From assembly GCA_024137785.1 (NCBI GenBank), contig JAHRHZ010000217.1:14061737-14125736 (forward strand): a stretch of 64,000 bases of DNA, in the 5' to 3' direction. This DNA comes from Ginglymostoma cirratum. Its lineage: Eukaryota. Position 1 is the first letter of the stretch, and every line of letters starts with the position of its first letter. Below the pieces are notes generated by a model. The model was not told the DNA's origin, did not search any database, and saw nothing but the letters and a program-made list of their open reading frames with translations. The translations under genes were made by a program, and so were the position numbers. Shown in pieces: positions 22,649 to 33,900 of this stretch.

Positions 22649-23622
22649 TAGGATTGAGTTTATGTAGGACAGCAATTGCAGACTGAATTGTAAATCAGTG
22701 TAGGCACATCGAAGAGTCACTTCTGTGAGTGGTTACAACTCACATTTTCCGCTGATGGTGTTTTATTCCCTGACGTAGGTATGCTGTCTCATATTGAACA
22801 GTACTGTCGCTAAACACCTGCATCCGGGGGTACTGCTGTTATATGAATCGAGTGCTATGCAAATCTCTGTCAAGCACTGTAATCAACTCGAATAATAAAT
22901 GCCAGTGGCAAATTAGTTAATATTTGCTTCAACTTTACCAAGTCAGTCGGATTTTTACTTTTCAGTCATTGGTAAATCGCTTTTCTCCTCCTAAATGACT
23001 GTGTCATCTTTTTGTCAAATGATACCAAACTTCACAGTCATTTAAGAAAATTGAACATTTACGAAAGTGACTGGAGCAGGCAGTGGCCACTGCAGCTGAA
23101 GTGAATATTCACAACAGCAATTATACCAAGACTAACAGATAAGAGCCGGTATCACAGTGGGAAACAAACTGAAAACTTCAGTTGAGGAGAAATGAAAAAA
23201 CACTTCAGGGATATAAGAATTCCCAGAGATGAATAGCAAAATATCTCAGATGAGCAGCTCTTAAAAAAAAAACAGTTGCAACACCATGCCAGAGAAAGTT
23301 AATGCCCAGGAAAAGGCTCTGTGGCATCCTTGGTCCCTATTCCCACTTATTTCTGGGCACAGTAGCTGTTTAAACCACACACAGAAATATACAAACACTC
23401 TCCCAAATGGTGTAGCATTTCTCCATAAAACCAGTCACCAGATGAAGTTATTTTATGGTGTTGAGATGAACTTTTACATCGATAAGATGATATGTTCACC
23501 CGACATAATTGTGCCAAATTGCACAATGTTCAGTAGACACCATCCCTTCATTCTACTGGAAACTTCAGAACAGAGGCTTAGCTCAGGCCACCTGCTGAGG
23601 AGCTTAGATCTTTAGAATTATT

Positions 23623-23845
23623 GGGCTCCAGATGGCACTGACAAATGGCGACTCTTTGTGAGCTATCTACAGCAGACCTAATGTTGATCTTGCTTTTTGA
23701 CCACATTCCCTGCTGCTGTAACATCATATTCCTCGCTTGGTTCTATCACCCTATGAACTTTGTTTGGTATGGTCTGCCTGTACTGAATATAAAACAAAAC
23801 TTTTCACTGTACCTAGGTACACGTGACAATAATAAATCGAATCAG
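23623..23845 (+). mobile_element. Short bipartite Rex1/Babar-like non-autonomous element
   Basis: 5' agatggcactgacaaatggcgactc and 3' end cttttcactgtacctaggtacacgtgacaataataaatcgaatc resemble Rex1/Babar termini. No coding region lies between them. Confidence 0.5.
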
Positions 23846-24647
23846 AGACTCACATCAGCGATTTTCTAGTCCATGTTGCCGTGACAATATGTCCATCCCA
23901 GTGACGGGACTTAGTGGTCCTTACATTGGAAGGGAAACAGTTCATGTCACATGCAGGTCACATGATCACAAGCCCAGTTGGGTGGAGATGGGGTTTGGAG
24001 GATAGTGGAAAGTACCATGGAAGAAAGTATCTCAAGTTCCAAAACTTTTATCACCGAGTGATTATCCGTGATACCAGAATGGCTCACGGCTGTAGGGAAT
24101 GTCTGCAATGGTGCTGCTAACAAAGTCAAGCTTCCCCTCCCCACTGATCTCTGCAGAGTAGGCCTCAGCGGCAATCCTCCCACACCGTGCTCACCTGGCC
24201 CTCTCCTGAAGCTGTGCTATCTAGGGAAGTACATCCATCCCGGAGCTGGGAACCCAGGGCCCAGGGGGCCAGGGCCACTGCTGCCACTCCTCCCTGCCAC
24301 CTCCATAGCCAGCGAGCAGCTCTATCTACGTGGACAGCCACTGGAACAGTATCGTTACCCTTTGAAGATGCACAGACTGAGCCCAGGTCATTCACATGGA
24401 ATTCCTGATGGCACCATCTTTAAAACTAGTTGCTGCTGTCTGTCACCTCAGAATGATAACCGAGTGCCTCCTCGTGCAGAAGAGGTTTTTACATCAGCTG
24501 CTCAGTAAACACATGCAAGATGGCCTTACACTGGATGACACCAGTAGAGATACTCTGACCAGGGCAGAAAGAATGAACTGAATGGCCTCGTTCTGTGTTG
24601 GAACAATTCTGTGACTGTCAGTCACCACTTTCAAAACATACACAAAA

Positions 24648-25172
24648 CAGAATCATAGAATTGTTATGGCACAAAAGGAGGCCATTCAGCCCATTGTAAC
24701 TACACCAGCCCTATTACCAAGTGCGAGTCCCCTGCCTTCTCCCCATTCCCCTGCACAGCATTTCTATCCAAATTATCACCCAGTGCACATAATTGAACCT
24801 GTTTCCACCACATTTCCAGGCAGTGCATTCCAGGCCTTAACTACTCTATGAAAAAGCTTTCTTTCTCACAACACCTTGGCTTCCTTTGTACATCACTTTA
24901 AAACTATGTCCACTTGGTCTATTTCTTCTTTTGAGTGGGAACAGTTTCACTGCACTTTCCTTACCCAGCTGGCTAGTGAGTTTGAAAACCTGTATCGATT
25001 GTCCTCTCAGCTGTCTTCTTACCAAGGAAAACAGTCCCAACTTCTTTAATCTATCCTAATAATGAAAGCTTCTCATCCCTGGAACAATTCTTGCAAATTG
25101 CTTCTGCACTCTCTCCAACTCATATACATCTCTTCTCTAATGTAACAGCCACAACGGTACACAGGAGACTTT
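24648..25172 (-). mobile_element. CR1-like LINE 3' end
   Basis: Minus ORF LGLFSLVRRQLRGQSIQVFKL...GHSFKV. Tail gaatcatagaa...aggccattcagccc on the plus strand. Confidence 0.85.
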
Positions 25173-26241
25173 TAAATACACACACACACACAATGTGCAG
25201 AGGCCTAAACAGAATCAAAGAGGGGCTGACGGATAATTCATTCAGCATAAGAAATGGTAACCGCAGCCTGGAACTGTGGAGTAACTGAAAGAAATACTTA
25301 AATTTACAGAAGCCTAGGTACCTGCATGTGGCTTGTGAGCCAATATTATTCATGCCCACTGTCTTTGAAGACATTCTCTTGTTAATGACTAGAACAACTA
25401 TCTCCAGGATTTAGAGTGACCGGTGCACAGTATTGATTTTGAGGCTGAAAGCAGTTGAGTCGATGTGGAGTTTTCAGCTTATTTAGCATGACTCTGAAGA
25501 AGCCACTTGCTTTTTGCTTCAACGTACAGAAACGATGTAACTCCACGTGCTCGGCTATCCATTCTCCATGTGAATGGGAGAGGGATGAGGTAGCTAGGCC
25601 ACTTGGGATGTCCCATTTCCTCCGCCTCACAAATGGTTAAGCCAGAGGCAGCATTATTCAGCACATGCTAGGACTGATCATTAACTGGAGGAGGGTGGGG
25701 TGGAATGGGCAGGGGCAAATTTAAAGGATTTTGTCACTCAGATTGGTTTTAAAAATGGTCAAGCTTGTCTGATCTCCTGCACCAAGGCACAGCAGTGACA
25801 CTTCTGCATCTCCCAATCCATAAAACACATCATCTAGAATCTGCATTTGGACTCAAGATCTGCAATTGACAGAATTTCAGTGATCCCATGCTCCCACAGC
25901 GTATTTCCCAGATTTGGCTTTGATTCACCCAATTGCTTCATTTTCTTTTCCTCTGAATAATGTTTGCTTGGGTCCAAAGCATCCAACATTTGTCAGAAAA
26001 ATCACTTCCCTGCCATTGGTCAAACCTAATTGTCAGGCATATTAGACTTGTACACAATTGAACTCCATTCTACTGCAGATCACAGCTGGCTTCTGCATGC
26101 TACACTGCAACCTGGATTAAACTCAGAGGGGACTGTACTTTCAAAGCAGCTACCACTTCGGTAAGACTGCACATAAAAATCGCAGTCAAATCAAACAGGA
26201 TTAAACTGCCATTTTGTTAATGTTCCCCCGTGTATATAAGG

Positions 26242-26710
26242 AAACACTTGCATTTATATAGTGCTTGTCACAACTGTAGGGTGTCCCCAAAGCCCTTTGT
26301 AGCCAATGGGATGCCTTTTTCATGCAGTTACTCATGTGATGTTGGAAATGTGGCAGCCAATTTGTGCACAGGAAGATCCCGCAAGTAGCAATAAGATATT
26401 CACCAGCTTATCGGTGTTCACATGGTTGGTTGTACGAAAGAACTCGCTCAGGGTATCAGCTCTTCTTTTGACAGTACTGTGGGATCCACCTGAGGGGCAG
26501 CGGGGTTGATGTGGGGTGTGGTGGGGGGAGGGCGGTGGTTTGGATGTGGAGGGGTACTAAGGAGACAGGTTAATACGGTGCCTGAAAGATGGCCAGTTCC
26601 TCTGCATTACACAGGAGCGTTGCCTGAATATTGAGCTCTGTCTGGTGTGGGACTTGAACACATGATTCTGACTCGGGGGCAAGGGTGCTATCCACTGAGT
26701 CACCACCGAC
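26242..26710 (-). mobile_element. DeuSINE-like (SacSINE1-type) SINE with L2-type tail
   Basis: Minus head tgactcagtggatagcacccttgcc...gttcaagtcccac. Plus strand cttgcatttatatagtgc is the tail. Confidence 0.8.
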
Positions 26711-28035
26711 GCTAAAATGAGCAGCATCAGTTTCAATACAGGCTGTTCCTTTCACTCGCAACATTAACCAAAAAATAATGGTTCATGAATCAAAAGGCTT
26801 CGGCTGCATAGCAACTGTTCAGAGAAAGTTTTTATTTTACCAGGAAGCGATATTGAGGTTATATGTAATACAGGAGGCAGAAGACAACTAAAATCCAGGA
26901 GGAAAGGGACTGATCAAAATGCACAACCTGAAATTGAAGCGGTGTCAACAAAACTCTCTTCCTACTGGAGGTGGTCACTTACAGATACAGAGCCTTTGAA
27001 TGTTCAGCATCAGAATGAGAGCACGTCAACTGTCATCATCAGCAAATGACACATAAATCTTGTACAGAGAACACAGTGGCTCTGTTTCGACAGAGGGAGG
27101 ATGCAAGACTGCATTAGAGATGTAGATCTATCAAACCAGTGCACATCACTTCAAACGGATGTGGCTTCTGTACTCCATCAGGCAGACTAACCTCCTCATG
27201 CAGAACCAATATCACCAGTAGAGGAAGAGCAAATGCACTTTGTAATTACGTCACTCAGAGGGTTGGTTAAATTGCTCAGCAGCTGGTCCTCAAACCCTTT
27301 CCTCCCAAAAGAGGCAACCAGCAGTTTCTACTCTTGAGATAAGATCCTTAAACTGACAACAGTGGGTTTTTCAGTGGTCCAATACTGTTATGTTCGGACC
27401 AAACTGTTCATATACTTTGCTTTGATTAAACAAAAAAACATTTTGCTGGGATACAATGTGAGGATAAACTTTTGAGTATGTGCTCCTGGGGTGGAGCGGC
27501 ACCGGCTGAGAAGCACAGAGCAGAATTTCCAAAATCACCTCAGAACTTAAAACTGCTAATTTTCACAGCTCTTTCTAGCAAAGTCAACAGGAACAGAAAT
27601 GTTATCAAATTGAATCACGTGTAAAGCACTTTTGAATATTCCCAGTTTGTGAAAGGCTGTATATAAACCCAAATTCTTCACTTTAATGGTGACATTGCCT
27701 GAAAACCATCTAGGCCTCATGATTTGTAATTCCATGCCTGGTCACCTCTGCTCCTTCTTAATGCCCACTTCTTTGGCCAACTTTACCTCATTCTTCAGCT
27801 TGGTGTCCATTCTTGATCAGATGTCAGTTATAGGCATTTGACAATTACTTACAAATAATGCCCAATGTATTCCCTAACGTGATGACTGGCATTTGTCTGA
27901 GAATTGTTAAATGCCAGCCCTAGAGACAGCTAAATGTTACTGACTCAGATCAATCCATGCCCACTTCAGTTTTGACTAAAGAATACAAATAAGGGAAGAG
28001 GTAAATAAGTGAAACCAAATATCACAGTAATTTGC

Positions 28036-28350
28036 TAGTGGGAATATAACTAGATGACTGAAATTATTAGCAGAGAATGTAACTAAACAATGGAAGTTAC
28101 GAGTGAGAATGTAACTAAACTATTTAAATTATTAAATAAAAACCAAAAGAACTGTGGATGTTGTAAATCGTAAACAAAAACAGAACTTGCTGGAAAAGCT
28201 CTGAGAAAGGGTCACCAGACCCGAAATGTTAATTCTGATTTCTCTCCACAGATGCTGCCAGACCTCCTGAGCTTTTCCAGAAACTTCTGTTTTTGTACTG
28301 AAATTACTAATGAGATGTAACTCAACTACTGAAATTACTAGTGAGAATCT
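28036..28350. repeat. Degenerate minisatellite, about 32-bp unit, about 5 copies, interrupted
   Basis: Unit approximately tagtgagaatgtaactaaactactgaaattac on both sides of the insertion. Confidence 0.8.
28136..28295. mobile_element. Fold-back Penelope-like terminal-repeat derivative
   Basis: Arms caaaaacagaacttgctggaaaagctc / gagcttttccagaaacttctgtttttg enclose ctgagaaagggtcaccagacccgaaatgtt. Confidence 0.8.
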
Positions 28351-28633
28351 GGAACTTGCTGGTGCAAAGAGTGACTGAGGAGAATAATATAGATATGTTT
28401 AGGGGAAATTGGATATGTATATGAAGTAGAAAGAAATAGAAGGGTGTGTTTAAAGGGAGAGATGCAGATAAAGTGGGAGGTGTGTATTGCCAGACCTGAG
28501 TTACAAAAAGGTTCTGTTCTTGAGTACATTCGCAAATTGATTGTACACTATCTGATAGCGCAAGAAAATGTTCTCATGTTGGATTTATAAAATTAATATT
28601 AATACACCCACATAATGGGATCTCATTTGTAGA

Positions 28634-28710
28634 TCTCTCATTAGAGAGAGACAACTGGTGGTGGTTTAACCTGAGGGCCATCATACCTCAGGCGAGGGGC
28701 AACGTTAAGC
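28634..28710 (-). mobile_element. Fragment of the 2110-type SINE
   Basis: ttagagagag...agggccatcatacctcaggcgagggg is shared with 2157..2216. Confidence 0.7.
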
Positions 28711-30224
28711 AAGACATATACTCTTAAACACACACACATTCCCTCTCTCTCTCACATTCTCTGTATGTGATATTTTCCTAAAGAATGGAGAGGAAATCAG
28801 AAATCTGCTCCTCATTGTGAATCCCTGAAGTCTGATTAACAAGAGCAGATGACTTTGAACAGGCCTTCTGCCTAACTCTCAGCTGCAGGTGTGGAGAGGG
28901 TAAGAAAAAGGAATCCTAATGTTTATATCCCTTACAGTGCATATCCAAGCCAATTTCAATACTGTCAGAAGCCACCAGCAACTATGTACAGATTGAAATG
29001 ACTGAGTATCCAGCATTACTGATAATCATCGAAATAGATGGTCTATTCATAAATCAATGACTAGTTATATTGTACATTCCCACAGTACAAGATTCTGAAG
29101 CTCAGTGTATCTTGGCAGCTCTGGGCCTTTGGGTTTAAAGGTTTGATTTGTGATTAAGTGAGCCTGTGTAGGCCTTCGGGCTGGTTTTAATAGGCTGTTT
29201 GCTAAATATAGAAACTCTGATATGTACACAGAAAGTCTGCTCACTCCCCAGCCATTGTCAACACTGGCAGATGTTTCACAAAAAGCAGGCAGGTTGAAAA
29301 ATTCAATGGCGCTTTACCCTTTCTCCGTTTCGCTCGAGTTGGAGTAAGTCATTCAGCTCCAGAAGCAACGAATGACTTTGCACAGACTCTGCTGATCATA
29401 TGGTTGCTCACTGAATTTACTCGAAAACCTTTGAGTATAATAGACTGTCAAGTTTACAGGAAACATTATTTTGCAAACGCTAAAAGGAATTTTGCTCTTA
29501 ATTCAAGTCGGCAAGAACATAGTTACAGAATGCACTGAAGCACCCTCTGCCTTTGCTATATTCAGTGATGTGATACCAGAGTTATTTTCTGCATGCAAAT
29601 CTCACTAATCTGGTAATGGGTGTTCTTGGCCCAGGCTTTGGTCAGTGTTGCTCCACTACTAGACTGTTAGAGATGCAGGAGAGGTAGAAAGCAGGAAAGG
29701 GAGTGTTACTCTTTCTAGTGTCTTTCTGTATACAAGGCTGCATTATTGTACTTCATCTCTGGGAATGTCCCACCTAAATGTTTTGCGCTGTTTCATTCGA
29801 ATCCTCCTTAGCTAATATTAAGGGTCACATGTTGCTTCAGCCAAGCTCAAAACAAAAGGATTTCTTAAGAAAAATTTTCCTATTCAATCCAATGGGTGAA
29901 AAGAAAGGAAAACAATAGATTTGGTTCTTTGATAAACTAAACTAGTTATGAATTAATATGTTTTGGGGACCGTGCTCGTAACTGGCTCTCAAACTGGACA
30001 TTAAAATATATTGCCACATTCACTTCTTCCTTCATAGTGTAGTGCAACAAGAATGAGACATAGCAAGTAATGGAGAGGAACAGAACACGGAAATGGGAGT
30101 AGACAATGCTGCCCTTAACTCTGTTCCATCATTCAAGGGATCATGGCCGATCTGCACCTCAGACCCGTTTGCTCATCTTTGTTCCACACCCCCTGATGCA
30201 AAGACCCAACAAAAATCTTTGGTT

Positions 30225-30520
30225 GCAAACAAAGCATTGAAATATCGCAAAGTGCTTTATGGAAGCTTTCAGGACCAAGCTTTGACACTGAGCTCCATAA
30301 GGAGGTATTAAGGGCCAAGGATCAAAGGCTTGATCAGAGACTGTCATAAATGAAGAGACAGAGGCCAAGAAGCAGAGAGATATTCCTGAGGCAATTCCAG
30401 AGCGTGGGGCCTAAACATCTGAAGACAGTGATTGCAAAGGCTCGTAGGGTTGGAGGATGCTTCAGAGATAGAGGAGGAGCAAAGAAGTGGGAAGATATTG
30501 GAAACAAGGATGAACATTTT
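30225..30520 (-). mobile_element. L2-like LINE 3' remnant
   Basis: Minus strand encodes TVFRCLGPTLWNCL (L2 AFS..GP.LWN.L motif). Reverse-complement similarity to 62800..63122. Confidence 0.6.
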
Positions 30521-32084
30521 ACAATTGTGCTATTGTTGGTCAAGATTCTATTTGTGAGCGCAGTGGTAACAGTCAAACAGGACTCAAATGTACTGTTTAA
30601 AATATTCTAAAGCCTTTTTGGGAGGACAGAGTCAAAGAATTCCAATACCGTTTATGTGAAAAACTGTTTTTTTGATTTTATCTCTGAACAGCGTTGCTCC
30701 GAGTTTAAGACTATCCCAAATTCTTTTGGATTCTCCGAGGGGAGATTGCTTCTCCCAGATCTACTCATTCAAATATCTTTTTTGATTAGACCATTCTCCC
30801 TACATTTTAAATTACAAAGGATACAAGCTCAGTTTATGCAAACAGTCTGCAATTGTGTCCACTGGTGAACTTATGCTGTAATATCTCTCACACTCATTTA
30901 CCTATTCTCTAAAAGACAGTCCATGTATTCTCTTGATGGAAAAATGCAGCACAAATGCATTTTTTGCCACAATCCAAATGAAATAGAAACTCAAATCACT
31001 TATGTGGTCATGTTGGCAGATAGTGCCAGTGCCTGGACTGCTCCTGGGAATGTGGTAGGTCAGAAAGAGACCACCAGCACTATATGCATTAACAAATCAC
31101 ACTCTTGCCAATGTAACTCTCAAGACATCCGATTCCAAATATTCTTTGAGCTTTGGCCTCAAACACTGTGCAATCGTGCAGGATATTGGTTTACCGTCTG
31201 CTGATCTCCTTGGACACTACAATTTTAAATTCCATTTGCAAAGGTTGTACAGTTGAACAGATGGACTGCAAGAATGAATGCTCTTTCCCTGAGAGTAAAG
31301 TGTTGGGTGATACTGGTGCCAGAGAGATTTCTATCTGTCTGTTTCAATCAATTGTAACATTTTCTTCTGTTTCCAATTAAGATTCAATTTTGTCCTTTAA
31401 ATATGGTACAAATCTCTAAAAGATCTGTAAGGTGAAAACAAATGTAGTAAAAACAAAATGCATTAAAATTGCAATGCACATTATGGTTTAATACTTTAAT
31501 ACTAGCCATAAATTCAGTAAACATACTTGCACAGCAAATTAATAAAACGCACAGTAAAACCTATCATTGCTTCTTACATATGGCGATGTGTGTTCTACAG
31601 ATCATAATGGTCGAGTAGATGACAATGCGAAAGATGAGGTGAATTAAAAGCAGAACTGTCACAAGTTGATTTGAGGCATAGTCAATGATATCAATATATA
31701 AATAATCAAAATCAGGGTTCCCCATTTTAGGGATTTATAATTCCATCACAAGATTAATACTTCCCTTCTCATGGTTTGATTTCAGTGAAATTGGGGTCAA
31801 CCAAGTTCACATTTGAGGCTGCCACTAATAGTTGCTAAAATTGATGAATGAATAATGTCAGATATTTAAAATAATAACAGCCATCCAGACTTGAACTCAG
31901 ACTGAGTATATACTTCATAAAGTTAAGATGCTAGTGAGTCTTAGTCCAACTCTGGAGGTTTGTTATGATCTACATAAACACAAATAGAAGTAAATCTGAC
32001 TGCATATTGTTTAAATCTAGCATGAAGGAGTTGCATTTTGTTCCTTTATAATGGCAACAACCTGCTCCTGTAGCTGTTATGAAA

Positions 32085-32580
32085 CATGAACAGAATTATA
32101 AAATATTACAGCACAGGGTCAGGCTATTTGAACCTCTGTGCCAACACCATTAATTCCAATGCCCGCTCTTTTCCTACAGCTCCTCAACTATTTATTTTTC
32201 AAGTGGGTATCCAATTCCTTTTTGGAATTTTCAATTGAATATCCTTCCATCATTCTTTCCAGATTATAACAACTTGCAACATGAAACCAAATTCCCAGCA
32301 CCACTCTGGTTATTTTACTGATTGGTTTGAATCAGGTGTCCTACTGTTTCCACTGGAGAAGGTCCCTTCCCACTTACTCTAGCAAAAGCCTTCTGATAGC
32401 TAACCTATCTTCTGAATCTTTTCTTAATCTTCTATTCTTTGATGTGAATAATCCCAGGTTCTGTAGCCGCTCCATTTCGGTGAAGTCCCTCATCCCTAGT
32501 ACCATACTGGTAAATCTCTCTTGCACCTCTTTCAATACCCAAAAATTCTTCCTGAAGAGTGAAGCAGAGAATTGCACACA
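32085..32580 (-). mobile_element. CR1-like LINE 3' end
   Basis: CVQFSASLFRKNFWVLKEVQERFTSMVLGMRDF..ERLQNLGLFT..NRRLR. Confidence 0.85.
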
Positions 32581-33468
32581 AGTGGTCTCCTTACCCCGGG
32601 AAGAATACATCTGCCATCAAGGCAATGCAACAAAGGTTCACCACCAGACTGATCCCTGGGTGGCAGGATTGTCCGAGATAAGACAATTTAGGAATTTAGA
32701 CCTTTATGAGTTTAGAAGAATGAGAGTTGATCTCATTAAAGCATACAAAGTTCTTACAGGCCTTTGCAGGATAGATGCAAGCAGGATGTTTCCCCTAGTT
32801 AGGGTCTAAAATTTTATTTTTTCTTTGTCCATTCACAGGATGAGGGCATCGCTGGCTAGGCCAGCATTTATTGCCCATCCCTAATTGCCCAGAGGGCAGT
32901 TAAGAGTCAACCACATTGCTGTGGATCTGGAGTCACATGTAAGCCAGATCAGCTAAGGATGGCAATTTCCTTCCCTTAAGGACGTTAGCGAACCAGATGG
33001 GCTTCTCCTAACAATCGACAATGGATTCATGGTCATCACTAGATTCTTAATTTCAGATATTTATTGAATTCAAATTCCATCATCTGCAGTGGCGGGATTC
33101 AAACCCAGATCCTCAGAATGTTATCTGGATCTCTGGATTAACAGTCCAGCAATAATACCATTAGGCCCTCGCCTCCCCTGTATCAGAATCAGGCGACACA
33201 ACCTCTGAACAGAAGAGGCAGGTCATTTAGGATTAAGCCGAGGAGGAATTTCTTCACTCAGAAGCTGGTGAATCTTTGGAATTCTCTAACCCAGTGGGTT
33301 ATGCAGGTTTAGTCACTGAGAAGTGGAGCACTTAGGTTCCTAGGTAGTAATGATGTCGAGGGAAATGGGTATAGTGCGGAAAAATAGTTTAGAAGTAGAA
33401 TACCAATCAAGGTCTAGTTGAACAGGGTATCAGGCTCAAGGGGCTGAATGGCCTACTCCTGCTTCACT
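32581..33468 (+). mobile_element. CR1-like LINE 3' end interrupted by SINE family C
   Basis: LYEFRRMRVDLIKAYKVLTGLCRIDASRMFPL, resuming at 33181 and ending ggctgaatggcctactcctgct. Confidence 0.85.
32812..33178 (-). mobile_element. tRNA-derived SINE family C, full length
   Basis: Minus strand starts ggggaggcgagggcctaatggtattattg, has B-box gggtttgaatccc and an A-rich 3' end. Confidence 0.92.
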
Positions 33469-33697
33469 TCCAGTGCCCTGCAGCTAAGGATTAACAGAAT
33501 CAGCTTTCCTATTAAAACATACAAAGTTAAGTGTGTAACTTCTGCAAAAGGGATCCTTGGTAAGTACCAGCAGAGATCAGTCTACAGTTATCCAGATTTA
33601 CTGAACTCATGTCAATGCATGAGCTGATAAGTATGTAAATCATCTGTTTAGGAAGGAATTTTGCTGAAAAGAACCAAACCAACTAAATGACTAGATT

Positions 33698-33900
33698 CAG
33701 AGATAGTAGGAACTGCAGATGCTGGAGAATCTGAGAATAACAAGGTGTAGAACTGGATGAACACAGCAGGCCAAGCAGCATCAGAGGAGCAGGAAAGCTG
33801 ATATTTTCTGAAGAAGGGTCTAGGCTCAAAACGTTAGCCTTCCTGCTCCTCTGATGCTGCTTGGCCTGCTGTGTTCATCCAGCTCTACACCTTGGTATCG
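33698..33900. mobile_element. Fold-back Penelope-like terminal-repeat derivative with perfect TSD
   Basis: Inverted arms 33737..33801 and 33835..33898. taaatgactagatt at 33684..33697 and 33901..33914. Confidence 0.9.

Noticed and set aside
28036-28350. CRISPR-like repeat/spacer pattern
   Set aside because: Units are contiguous and degenerate with no unique spacers; the context is vertebrate and there are no cas genes.
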